From the NCBI GenBank assembly GCA_041492755.1, contig JBGPXN010000020.1, positions 1-42,422 on the forward strand: DNA of 42,422 nt. Direction: 5' to 3'. A program made the position numbers and the translations under genes. Positions within the stretch are counted from its first letter, which is position 1; each line of letters starts with the position of its first letter. A model generated the notes under the pieces. The model made no database searches, was not told where the DNA came from, and saw only the letters and a program-made list of their open reading frames with translations. This DNA is from Candidatus Methylomirabilia bacterium (GTDB taxonomy: Bacteria; Methylomirabilota; Methylomirabilia; Rokubacteriales; CSP1-6). Below, piece after piece: positions 1-7,974 of this stretch.

Positions 1-1
1 C

Positions 2-1648
2 GGCAACGTCGTCGGCATCCTGGGCGGGCTCACCGACTTCATCCGGGTCGTCACCGGGCTGGAGCGGATCTACCCGCTCGGCATTCCCACGAACGCCGTC
101 TTCGCGCTGGCCCTCGGGATCGCCATCGTCCGCTACCGCCTCCTCAACATCGGCATGGTGGCCAAGCGGGTGGTGCTCTACCTGCTCACCATGGCGACCG
201 TCGCTTCGCTCCTTGCCGGCGGGCTCTATGTGATCGACCAGATCACCCCGGGTCCCCGGCGGTTCGAGCTGACCTGGCCCTATGTCTTCGTGCTTGCCGT
301 GGCGCTGGGCGCCGTGCTGCCCGCCCTCCGGGGAGCCGAGCGCTGGTTCGAGCGCTTGATGTTCGCCCGGGAGCACGGGGTGCGGGACGCCCTCATCGCG
401 CTCAGCAAGGACATGGCGTCGGTGCTGGACCTGCAGCGGCTCGGCCAGACCCTCACCGAGGGCCTGGTGTCTCGGGTGCCGGTCGTCCACGCCAGCCTGC
501 ATCTCCAGGCGAGCAACCGCGACACCTTCGTGGTGTTTTCGCACACTGCCTCCAGGGCGATCGAGCTGCCGGCGCCGGAGGTGCAGGTCGATGGCATGCT
601 CGCGCTCTGGATGCGTTTGACCCAGCGTGCGCTCGCGATGGAAGAGCTGGTCAACCAGGCCGCCACCGACGTGCGCATGCGGCCGGCCATCGCGCAGCTC
701 GAAGCCGCGCAGGTGGCGGTGGTGGTGCCGCTGTTCCTGGACGGGGAGATCGCCGCCGTGCTCGTCGTCGGTGAAAAGGTCTCGGGCGAGATCTTCGACG
801 GCGCCGAGATCGAGCTGCTCATGGCGCTGGTCGGCCAGACGGCGGTGGCCCTGAAGAACTCGCGCCTGTACGAAGACCTCCGCAACCAGATGGATGCGCT
901 GCAACGGACGCAGCAGCAGCTCGTCCAGTCCGCCAAGCTCGCCGCCATCGGGGAGCTCGCCGCCAGCGTCGCGCACGAGATCAACAACCCGCTCACCGTG
1001 ATCCTCGGCAACAGCGAGCTGCTCATCCACGAGTTCCAGGGCAACGACCGCGCGCAAGAAAAGCTTACGCGGATCGAGACGGAGGCGATGCGGGCCGGCA
1101 AGATCACCCGCGACCTGCTCGACTTCGCGCGACGGCGCGAGCCGAACCGCGAGCCGCTGGCGCTGCACGACCTCATTCGACGCTCGCTCGACCTGCTGGG
1201 CACCAAGATCGCCAAGGGCCGGATCGAGGTGCAGACGGCGTTCGACCCCGAGGTGCCCTCGATCCGGGGCGACGGCGACCAGCTCACGCAGGTGTTCATC
1301 AATCTCATCGTCAACAGCGTGGACGCCATGAGCGACGGCGGCACGCTCTCGATTCGGACGGAGCTCCGTCGCGACACCGGCACCGTCGTGATCACCCTGG
1401 CCGACACCGGCAACGGAATGGCGCCCGATCAGCTCGCGCGGATCTTCGAACCTTTCTTTACGACCAAAGCGGAGGGTCGGGGGACGGGTCTCGGCCTTTC
1501 CGTAAGTCTCGGCATCGTGAAGAACCATGGGGGCACCCTCGAAGCGGCCAGCGAGCCCGGCAAGGGGACGATGATGTTCATCTCCCTGCCCCTGCCCGCG
1601 CGCTCGCGGGCCGGGGCGGCCCAGGCTCCGCTGACGGAATCATTCTGA
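2..1648 (+). CDS. Membrane sensor histidine kinase (N-terminal TM region, GAF, HisKA, HATPase); 5'-truncated by window edge
   Basis: Frame is open from position 2 (GNVVGILGGLTD...AIVRYRLL). H-box AHEINNPL, N-box QVFINLIVNS, G-boxes DTGNG and GTGLGL, F-box FEPFFTTK. GAF-like segment with VVPL..GEIAAVLVVGEK. Confidence 0.9.
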   Translation, partial: GNVVGILGGLTDFIRVVTGLERIYPLGIPTNAVFALALGIAIVRYRLLNIGMVAKRVVLYLLTMATVASLLAGGLYVIDQITPGPRRFELTWPYVFVLAVALGAVLPALRGAERWFERLMFAREHGVRDALIALSKDMASVLDLQRLGQTLTEGLVSRVPVVHASLHLQASNRDTFVVFSHTASRAIELPAPEVQVDGMLALWMRLTQRALAMEELVNQAATDVRMRPAIAQLEAAQVAVVVPLFLDGEIAAVLVVGEKVSGEIFDGAEIELLMALVGQTAVALKNSRLYEDLRNQMDALQRTQQQLVQSAKLAAIGELAASVAHEINNPLTVILGNSELLIHEFQGNDRAQEKLTRIETEAMRAGKITRDLLDFARRREPNREPLALHDLIRRSLDLLGTKIAKGRIEVQTAFDPEVPSIRGDGDQLTQVFINLIVNSVDAMSDGGTLSIRTELRRDTGTVVITLADTGNGMAPDQLARIFEPFFTTKAEGRGTGLGLSVSLGIVKNHGGTLEAASEPGKGTMMFISLPLPARSRAGAAQAPLTESF

Positions 1649-1667
1649 GGCTGAGGAGACGACAACG

Positions 1668-2363
1668 ATGACTTGGACACGCGGGATGTTGTGGACAACG
1701 CTGTTGACGCTCGCGGGCATGCTGCTGGGCGTGAGCCCGGCGGCGGCGCAGAACGTGCTGCTCTACGAGCTGACCGAGAGCATGCGGATCATGGGGTCGA
1801 ACAAGGCGGTGAAACGGGCGGCCTCGGCGGCGCTCGCCGGCTGGGCCGAGGTCGGCACCCCGGTCTGCCCGCAGTCGCTCGCGGTTGCGCTGGGAATCTC
1901 GAAGTGCACGCTCAACGTCAAGGCCACCAACCGGATCAATCTCAAGACCGGGAGGGGCCCGGTCGATGGCACGTTCGACGTCGTGGTCCAGGATCAGAAC
2001 GACGTCGACGCCGCGGAAATCGTCGTCCTGAGCGGTAACCTCGACGGATCGATGGACCTCTCGTCCGCTATCACGCAGCACGCGCCGTGGGGCACCATCA
2101 GTGGAACGTGGTCGGCCGATGGCGTGAAGGGCGGGCCGCTCGGCAACACGCGCAATCTCCGCGGAACCTTCGCCGGGATCTTCCGCTTACCGCTCGTGGT
2201 CACGGAGCCGCTGGGCTGCGCCGACGACGAAGGCGACACCTCCAGTTGCACGCACGTCTCCAAGCCTTCCTACGTCATGTCCGATGGCAGCCTGTACGAG
2301 CTGAAGCCGGTCGAGTACTCGCTCGGCACCCCGACGGTACGACTGGAGATCAATCTCCGCTGA
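1668..2363 (+). CDS. Secreted hypothetical protein with Cys pairs
   Basis: GAGGAG Shine-Dalgarno upstream, signal peptide ending SPAAA-Q, GC3-rich codons. No recognisable family. Confidence 0.75.
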   Translation: MTWTRGMLWTTLLTLAGMLLGVSPAAAQNVLLYELTESMRIMGSNKAVKRAASAALAGWAEVGTPVCPQSLAVALGISKCTLNVKATNRINLKTGRGPVDGTFDVVVQDQNDVDAAEIVVLSGNLDGSMDLSSAITQHAPWGTISGTWSADGVKGGPLGNTRNLRGTFAGIFRLPLVVTEPLGCADDEGDTSSCTHVSKPSYVMSDGSLYELKPVEYSLGTPTVRLEINLR

Positions 2364-2384
2364 GAACATCGACGACGAGGAGAG

Positions 2385-2510
2385 GGTCCGCCTGCTGCGA
2401 GCCGGATCCGGTGGGACCTCGTCATGCCCGGGCGCATCAACGGCCTCGAGGTGGCGGAGACGCTCCGGCGGCTGTCGCCGGAGCTGCCGGTGATCATCAT
2501 CAGCGCCGGC
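2385..2510 (+). pseudogene. Response-regulator receiver domain remnant
   Basis: DLVMPGRINGLEVAETLRRLSPELPVIIISA matches the receiver core (D-x-x-M-P, GLE, PVIIIS). The upstream EPD segment is out of frame, and the N-terminus and C-terminal KP are missing. Confidence 0.6.
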
Positions 2511-2645
2511 GCCGGCGCCGCCGGAGGACGTCCCGCAGGCTTCCTGATCGACTCCGCTCCAGGACCGCCTGGCCCGCCCCGAATTTGTCGGTGCGGGCCG
2601 CTTCGCTGATCGTCTAGAGTCTCTCCTGTGAGGACTCGGGCGTAG

Positions 2646-5057
2646 ATGTCTTCAGCGGCCCGCGCCGAGCGCGGTCCTCGTTCCCCGCTCCGTCTCGCCG
2701 TACTCATCGTCGTCCTCGTCGGCATCGCCACCGGTGTCGGCGCTCTGCTGTACGCCAGGACGCTCGAACGCCGCCTCGGAGCCGAGGCGTATCGTGCCGG
2801 CTTTCGGGTCACGCGGATCGTGGCCGACGTCCACGGACGAGGGATGGCGGAAGTCCGCACACTGCTCACCGACCTCGCCGGGCGACCGGAGATCCGGGCC
2901 CAGGACCCGGTCCGATGTGGAATGACGTTCGCCGACGCCCTGCAGCGCTCGCCGCTGCTGGCCAACCTGAGCGCCGTGACCCCGGCCGGCGTCGTGTTCT
3001 GCAGCGGCGCCGCGCTCGGGACGCACGGTGGAAATGTGGACGCCGCGCTTCTGGCGCGGGCGATCGGAACGCAGGGGCTCACCGTGGGCACGTTCACGGC
3101 GGACGCCGCGTCTGGGCGTGTCTCGCTACCCCTCCTGCATCCGGTCGTGGACGACGCGCGGACGGTTCGTGCGGTCCTGGTGGCGGCCGTCGACCCGGGC
3201 GCGCTCGCCCGCGTCGCCGTCCAGGCTGGGATCCCGCCCGCGGCGACGTTCTCGGTCGTGGACCAGAACGGGATCGTGCTCGCTCACCATCCACAACCGG
3301 AGCGGTGGCTGGGACAGCAAATCGTCGATCCCGACCTCGTGACGCGCGCGCCGACGCAAGGCGAGCAGCTGGCGGATAGCACGGGCCTCGACGGCCTCGC
3401 GCGCTTCGTGGCCTTGACTCCGTTGCCGGGCATCGGCGGCCGCTTCGGCGGCGCATGGGCCGTAATCGGCATCGCTCGTCAGGACGGCCGCGTCCGGCTG
3501 CTGGAGGTCGGCGGCGTCAGCATCATCGTGCTGACGATCGTCGGTGGCGCCGTCAGTACGGTGACGACGGCGCGCGCGGCGCGGCGCGCACGGGAGCGCC
3601 GGGCGCGGCAGGGTCGGAAGACGACGTGGGACCCGTTCAATATGCCGCCGCCGACATTCCAAGCCACGCCGGCGTCGCCCACATCCACGGTGCCGCGCGC
3701 GGCGGTCCCGTCGACGCCGGCGCCCACGGACTTCGGCGTCGCGGCGCCCGCCGTCAGCGTCGCGCCGGTGCTGAGCGCGCCGGATGCCCCGGCGTCGGCG
3801 CCGGCGGCCGCCCAGCGGCCCGCGTCGGCGCCGCCGCGCCGGCTCCCCGCGCCGCACACGCCCGCGGTGCCACCGCCACCCGAATCGCGCCCACGCGAAT
3901 CGGGCGCGCCGACGCCGACGCCTCCTTCACCGACTCGATCCATACCGATCGAGCCGTCGCCAGCGCCCGCGCCGGCTGCTGCGCGCACTCCGTCCGCGCG
4001 GATCGAGTCGCCGCCTCCCGCTTCGCCGCCGTCCCCGCCGCCGGTCGACGCGCGTGCTGTCACTGACGTCCCGGCGGACCCGGGGCGCGCGCGGAGGGAG
4101 CCGCCCGGGCCGGCCTCGAAGGCGCCGGGACCAGCGCCACGGGCCAGCGATCCCCCGCGCCCCGAGCGGGCGCCACTGGTCAGCGACGATTACGCCGCGT
4201 ACTGGGGATTGACGCAGCCGCCCTTCGACAACTCGCCGAATCCGCGCTTTCTCTACATGTCACCCGAGCACGAGGAGGCGCTCATCCGGCTGACGTATGC
4301 CGTGCAGCGCCGGCGGGGCGTCGCGATGCTGACGGGCGAGTCCGGATGTGGAAAGACGACGGTCGCGCGCGCGTTGATCCAGCGCCTGGACACCGATCAC
4401 TACGAGATTGCCTTGCTCGGCAAGCCGACCTGGAACGTGCTCAGCTTCCTGCGCGAAATCCTGTATCAGCTCGGCGTGGAAACGGCCCCGGAGAACAAGC
4501 CGGCGCTTCTACACCTGGTCAACGACGTGTTGCTGCGCAATTTCCAGCGCGGCCGTGACACCGTGGTGATCGTCGACGAAGCGCAGCTCATCGACGACCC
4601 CGCCGTCTTCGAGGAGCTGCGCCTGCTCCTGAACTTCCAGACGGACGACCGCTTCCTGATGACGCTCGTCCTGATCGGCTCCTCGGAGCTCTTGCCCAAG
4701 GTCCGCCGGCTCCGTCACCTCGATCAGCGGATCGCCGTGCGCTTTCACCTGACCACGCTCGACGCCACCCACACCGCCGGCTACATCGCTCACCGCCTCG
4801 CCACCGCCGGGCGCGACGCGCCCATTTTCTCCGCCGCCGCCATCCAATTGATCTTCGAGTTCACCAAGGGCACCCCCCGCATGATCAACAACGTCTGCGA
4901 CGTCGCCCTCCTCATCGGCGCACTCCATCGCCTCGACCGCGTCGACACCGTCACCATCACCACCGCCATCAACGACTACCTCGGCGGGTCGCTCGGAGGG
5001 GGGCTGCGCGAACTCGGAGGGGGGCTCCGTCCCCCTTCCGACGCTCCGCGGGGCTAA
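2646..5057 (+). CDS. TM-Cache(PDC)-TM sensor fused via Pro/Ala-rich linker to an ExeA/GspA-type AAA ATPase
   Basis: Two hydrophobic helices flank a Cache-like region (C...VVFCSG; FSVVDQNGIVLAHHP). The C-terminal part has YWGLTQPPF..PNPRFLY, Walker A GESGCGKT, Walker B VVIVDEAQ and GTPRMINNVCD. Confidence 0.75.
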   Translation: MSSAARAERGPRSPLRLAVLIVVLVGIATGVGALLYARTLERRLGAEAYRAGFRVTRIVADVHGRGMAEVRTLLTDLAGRPEIRAQDPVRCGMTFADALQRSPLLANLSAVTPAGVVFCSGAALGTHGGNVDAALLARAIGTQGLTVGTFTADAASGRVSLPLLHPVVDDARTVRAVLVAAVDPGALARVAVQAGIPPAATFSVVDQNGIVLAHHPQPERWLGQQIVDPDLVTRAPTQGEQLADSTGLDGLARFVALTPLPGIGGRFGGAWAVIGIARQDGRVRLLEVGGVSIIVLTIVGGAVSTVTTARAARRARERRARQGRKTTWDPFNMPPPTFQATPASPTSTVPRAAVPSTPAPTDFGVAAPAVSVAPVLSAPDAPASAPAAAQRPASAPPRRLPAPHTPAVPPPPESRPRESGAPTPTPPSPTRSIPIEPSPAPAPAAARTPSARIESPPPASPPSPPPVDARAVTDVPADPGRARREPPGPASKAPGPAPRASDPPRPERAPLVSDDYAAYWGLTQPPFDNSPNPRFLYMSPEHEEALIRLTYAVQRRRGVAMLTGESGCGKTTVARALIQRLDTDHYEIALLGKPTWNVLSFLREILYQLGVETAPENKPALLHLVNDVLLRNFQRGRDTVVIVDEAQLIDDPAVFEELRLLLNFQTDDRFLMTLVLIGSSELLPKVRRLRHLDQRIAVRFHLTTLDATHTAGYIAHRLATAGRDAPIFSAAAIQLIFEFTKGTPRMINNVCDVALLIGALHRLDRVDTVTITTAINDYLGGSLGGGLRELGGGLRPPSDAPRG

Positions 5058-5065
5058 CGCCCCGC
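4992..5065. repeat. REP-like hairpin element overlapping the 3' end of the ExeA-fusion gene
   Basis: CTCGGAGGGGGGCT(G/C)CG is duplicated at 4992-5008 and 5013-5029. 11-bp stem at 5014-5041 with one G-T pair. Hairpin GCGGGGC-TAAC-GCCCCGC at 5048-5065. Confidence 0.6.
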
Positions 5066-5574
5066 TCGGGATCCTCCACCCGCTCCGCCCAGCCGCCCGA
5101 CGGCCGACAGACCAACTCGTAGTCCGGCGCCGGGTCCAGCTCGCTTAGCCTGGACTATTCGTGAACGCGCGACGCGTTCGCCGACCGGGGGACACGGCCG
5201 GAGCTGGGGGGACGGGGTCCTCTGACCACAGCCGACGGCGTACCGATCACCGGCGAGCCGTTCCCATTCCCTACGGCGATGTCGTCGTCTCGCGGGGCGG
5301 GAAATGGGTCACCCGGCCCCCATCCCCCCAGCTCCGGCCGTGTCCCCCGGTCGATCGCGGTGGGCGCGTTCAGGAATAATCCAGGTTAGCGGCATAACAC
5401 CCGTGCGCACCGCCCAACCCTGCGGGGCGTGAGAGGTCACGGAACGCTTCACCGCGTTCCCGGCGCGGTTGTTGAAGACGATGAAGGGATCGGGAGGTTG
5501 TACTCGACCCAGCGCGACGCCAGCCGCTCCAGATGCGCCTCGGGGGCGCTCTCGATTAACGCTCGCTTGAGCAC
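5060..5574 (-). pseudogene. Putative decayed gene (frameshift plus MITE insertion)
   Basis: GGAGA then GTG at 5574 (VLKRALIESAPEAHLERLASRWVEYN). A frameshift leads to PDPFIVFNNRAG...RTGVMPL, which continues as SELDPAPDYELVCRP once the element and one TTAG are removed. The 3' limit is approximate. Confidence 0.4.
5149..5385. mobile_element. Non-autonomous MITE-like structured element, family A copy 1
   Basis: Terminal inverted repeats CCTGGACTATTCGTGAACGCGC match at 20/22 and extend into long arms. Flanked by TTAG at 5145-5148 and 5386-5389. About 92% identical by hand count to 14292-14527 (inverted). Confidence 0.85.
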
Positions 5575-5587
5575 GACGTCTCTCCGA

Positions 5588-6601
5588 TCAGGGCAGCCGG
5601 AGGCGGAGCAGCCGCCGCGCGTTGCCCTCGTAGATTTTCTTCTTGTCCTCGTCGCTCGCCCGGACGCGCTCCATGGCCGCGATGGTGTCGCGGATGAATC
5701 CCGGCCCTTGTTCGGGATCGAACGGCATGTCGGTGCCGAACAGCACGTGGTCGGCTCCGAAGAAGGCGAGACCAGACTCCATGGCGTGCCAGGCGCCGAA
5801 CAGCGCGGTGTCGCCGTAGAACATCCGGAAGTAATCGACCGGCCGCTTCTGAAGCCGCCCCCGCGCGGCGCCGTCCTCGGGATCGTCGGTGCGACTGCCG
5901 AGCTGGTCGAGCCCGCCACCGATGCGCCCCTCGCAGAACGGGATCATGGCGCCCAGGTGGTGAGTGATGATGGTCAGATCCGGGTGGCGGTCGAAGAGGC
6001 CCGAGAACACGAGGCGCCCCATCGCGACCGACGTCTCGTACGGCCAGCCGAACGCCCACCAGAGATCGTACTTCGAGCGCGGCTCTCCGGCGTAGTCGGC
6101 GAAGCCGGCCGGGCGCGCGGGGTGCATCCAGATCGGCAGTCCGCGTTGCGCCATCCGGTCGAAGACCGGCTGGTACTCCGGCCGGTCGAGCGGCCGGCCG
6201 GCAACGTTCGTGTAGATTTGCACGCCCGTCGCGTGCAGCTCGTCGATGGCGCGGTCGATCTCGGAAACCGCGGCGTCCGGGTTGTTCATCGGCAGCGACG
6301 CCACGAACCCGGGAAACCGGTCAGGATGCTTCGCCACCACTTCCGCCATCCCGTCGTTGGCCAGCCGCGCCAGCTCGGGACTCACATCCGGGCCGCCCAC
6401 GACTTCGATCGGCGGATTGGCGAGCGTCAGGACCTGGTAGTAGCCCTCGTAGCGGTCCATGATCCGCAGCCGTAGCTCGACGTCCACGAGCACGGGGATG
6501 CCGCTCATGCGCTTCTGCAGCGCCAGGCCCGGCGGCGCGACCTGGAGCATTCGATCGAAATACCGGCGCGGCAGGATGTGGGGAAAGATGTCGATCTTCA
6601 T
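5588..6601 (-). CDS. Amidohydrolase_2 family (ACMSD/LigW-like decarboxylase or hydrolase)
   Basis: N-terminal IDIFPH, IWMHP, THHLG and FGTDMPF motifs; C-terminal IYEGNARRLL. Confidence 0.9.
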   Translation of the reverse strand: MKIDIFPHILPRRYFDRMLQVAPPGLALQKRMSGIPVLVDVELRLRIMDRYEGYYQVLTLANPPIEVVGGPDVSPELARLANDGMAEVVAKHPDRFPGFVASLPMNNPDAAVSEIDRAIDELHATGVQIYTNVAGRPLDRPEYQPVFDRMAQRGLPIWMHPARPAGFADYAGEPRSKYDLWWAFGWPYETSVAMGRLVFSGLFDRHPDLTIITHHLGAMIPFCEGRIGGGLDQLGSRTDDPEDGAARGRLQKRPVDYFRMFYGDTALFGAWHAMESGLAFFGADHVLFGTDMPFDPEQGPGFIRDTIAAMERVRASDEDKKKIYEGNARRLLRLRLP

Positions 6602-6830
6602 CGCGATGAAATCTCCCGTTGCGGCGTGGCCGCCGGTGCCACTCCCGCCGCGCCGCCGCGCTCGACGAGCACGAGCGCCAGCCCCAGGGCGAGCCCCGTG
6701 AGATCGAGCGCGACGGGCGGGATGGCATACGTGGCCAGGCCTCAGTCCTCGAGCGCCCAGAGCTTCGGCGGCGAGCCCGAGAACCCGAGCGCGGACCAGC
6801 GCGCGGCGACATTCTCGTAGACCATCAAGG
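6598..6830 (-). pseudogene. Membrane-protein C-terminal remnant upstream of the amidohydrolase
   Basis: Hydrophobic tail GLATYAIPPVALDLTGLALGLALVLVE ends in a stop overlapping the amidohydrolase ATG (ATGA). There is an in-frame TGA at 6742-6744 and no full-length gene upstream. Confidence 0.35.
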
Positions 6831-6948
6831 CCTCCTCGGATGCGTCGACGAATGAGCGACCGCTTCCGTCCGTCAGAACGGATAGTTTCGGGGCGCTGAG
6901 CGCCATCATTCTAGGCCAGCGCACCCCGAAATGCGACGGGATGCCGAA

Positions 6949-6971
6949 CCAGAAACGAGTGCAAACTCGTA
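6949..6971 (+). promoter_or_regulatory. Dyad motif ACGAGT-N4-ACTCGT, putative operator or promoter
   Basis: Perfect 6-bp inverted repeat about 20 nt before ATG 6991. Matches 12415-12437 at 18/23 positions. Confidence 0.45.
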
Positions 6972-6990
6972 TAGTCGTCGGGAGGCGCTC

Positions 6991-7332
6991 ATGCGGACGT
7001 GGCTACGGACGGTGATCGGTGCGCTCGGGGTGGCGACGATCCTCGCCGTCGGAGCAGTTCCCGGGACCGCACAGGCCGACCGCGGCGGCGCCCCGGCGCC
7101 GAGCGTCTTCCCTGTCTACCCGGATCCGTGGCGCACGGGGCCGGCGCCAGCGCCCGGCGTGTTCCCCGTCTACCCCGATCCCTGGCGGAACTACGGTGTG
7201 CAACAGCCGAGTTTTCGCCATCGGTTCGAGCAGCCGCGTGTCTTCATCGCGCCCCAGCCCGTGTGGGTCCAACCCTACTGGGCGTGGAACGGATACCGGT
7301 GGGTGTGGGTGCCGGGTTACTGGTCGTACTAG
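6991..7332 (+). CDS. Small secreted Pro-rich protein with WxxGxW/YXWGXW-like tail
   Basis: GGAGG at 6981, signal peptide ending AQA-D, duplicated VFPVYPDPWR, C-terminal VWVQPYWAWNGYRWVWVPGYW. Confidence 0.8.
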   Translation: MRTWLRTVIGALGVATILAVGAVPGTAQADRGGAPAPSVFPVYPDPWRTGPAPAPGVFPVYPDPWRNYGVQQPSFRHRFEQPRVFIAPQPVWVQPYWAWNGYRWVWVPGYWSY

Positions 7333-7433
7333 TGAGATGGGGGGCCCCGATATGGCCCCCCATACCCCCCCAGCGCTCGGAAGCGCCCCGGGGCACCCGG
7401 GGCGCTCCTCGTTTTCGGTTACTCCGACAGCTC
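7333..7433 (+). repeat. Family B hairpin repeat, copy 1
   Basis: Hairpins ATGGGGGGCC-N7-GGCCCCCCAT and AGCGCCCCGGG-GCA-CCCGGGGCGCT. CTAG on both sides (7329-7332, 7434-7437). Near-identical to 22550-22650. Confidence 0.85.
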
Positions 7434-7442
7434 CTAGCCTAG

Positions 7443-7487
7443 CCTCGTGAACGCGCGACGCGTTTGTCGACCGGGGGGCACGGCCGG
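7443..7487 (+). mobile_element. Family A element, left-arm fragment
   Basis: TCGTGAACGCGCGACGCGTTTGTCGACCGGGGGGCACGGCCGG matches the family A left arm and follows CTAGCCTAG. Confidence 0.7.
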
Positions 7488-7496
7488 CGGCACCGA

Positions 7497-7967
7497 CTAC
7501 TCGAGCTCGGCCACGCGTACGCCTTTGGCGTCGCGTCGGGCCTCCACATAGCGGCGGACCTGCTCGCGTAACGCGCTCGCCCCCCACACGGCCGGGATGA
7601 TCAGGGTTGGCGTGGTCGCATCGTGGGTCGTGACGATGACGTTGCCGAGCGAGAACGCTCGCAGGAGCAAGGGCTCGAGGAGCGTGGTGTCCTTCACGCG
7701 GTAGAGCTCGAGATCGTCGGTGCGTCGGGAGAAGACTCCGGTTCGGACTCGCAGCCGCTCGGTGGTGAGCTCGTAGACACGACAGCGGGTGTCGAGCCAA
7801 CGCCAGGCCGCCACCGCGGCGGGCAGGATCGCGAGCAGCGCGAGCCGCCCATCGAACGTGTAGCCGATGGCCAGGGCCAGCGCCACCAGCACGCCGCACA
7901 GGAGGAAGACACCGAGGTTGATGACTTGCGCGGGGTGACCGGTCCAGACGGTCTGTTCCTGGGTCAT
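7497..7967 (-). CDS. Bacterial PH-domain (bPH_2-like) membrane protein
   Basis: Two TM helices followed by YELTTERLRVRTGVFSRRTDDLELYRVKD. Confidence 0.8.
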   Translation of the reverse strand: MTQEQTVWTGHPAQVINLGVFLLCGVLVALALAIGYTFDGRLALLAILPAAVAAWRWLDTRCRVYELTTERLRVRTGVFSRRTDDLELYRVKDTTLLEPLLLRAFSLGNVIVTTHDATTPTLIIPAVWGASALREQVRRYVEARRDAKGVRVAELE

Positions 7968-7974
7968 CCCGCGG

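Noticed and set aside
5161..5379. MNARRVRRPG... ORFs inside both family A copies
   Set aside because: A 1-bp indel between the copies shifts the frame, and the substitutions preserve base-pairing rather than codons.
6742..6744. In-frame TGA as selenocysteine
   Set aside because: No redox motif and no convincing SECIS-like stem. A nonsense mutation or deletion junction is simpler.
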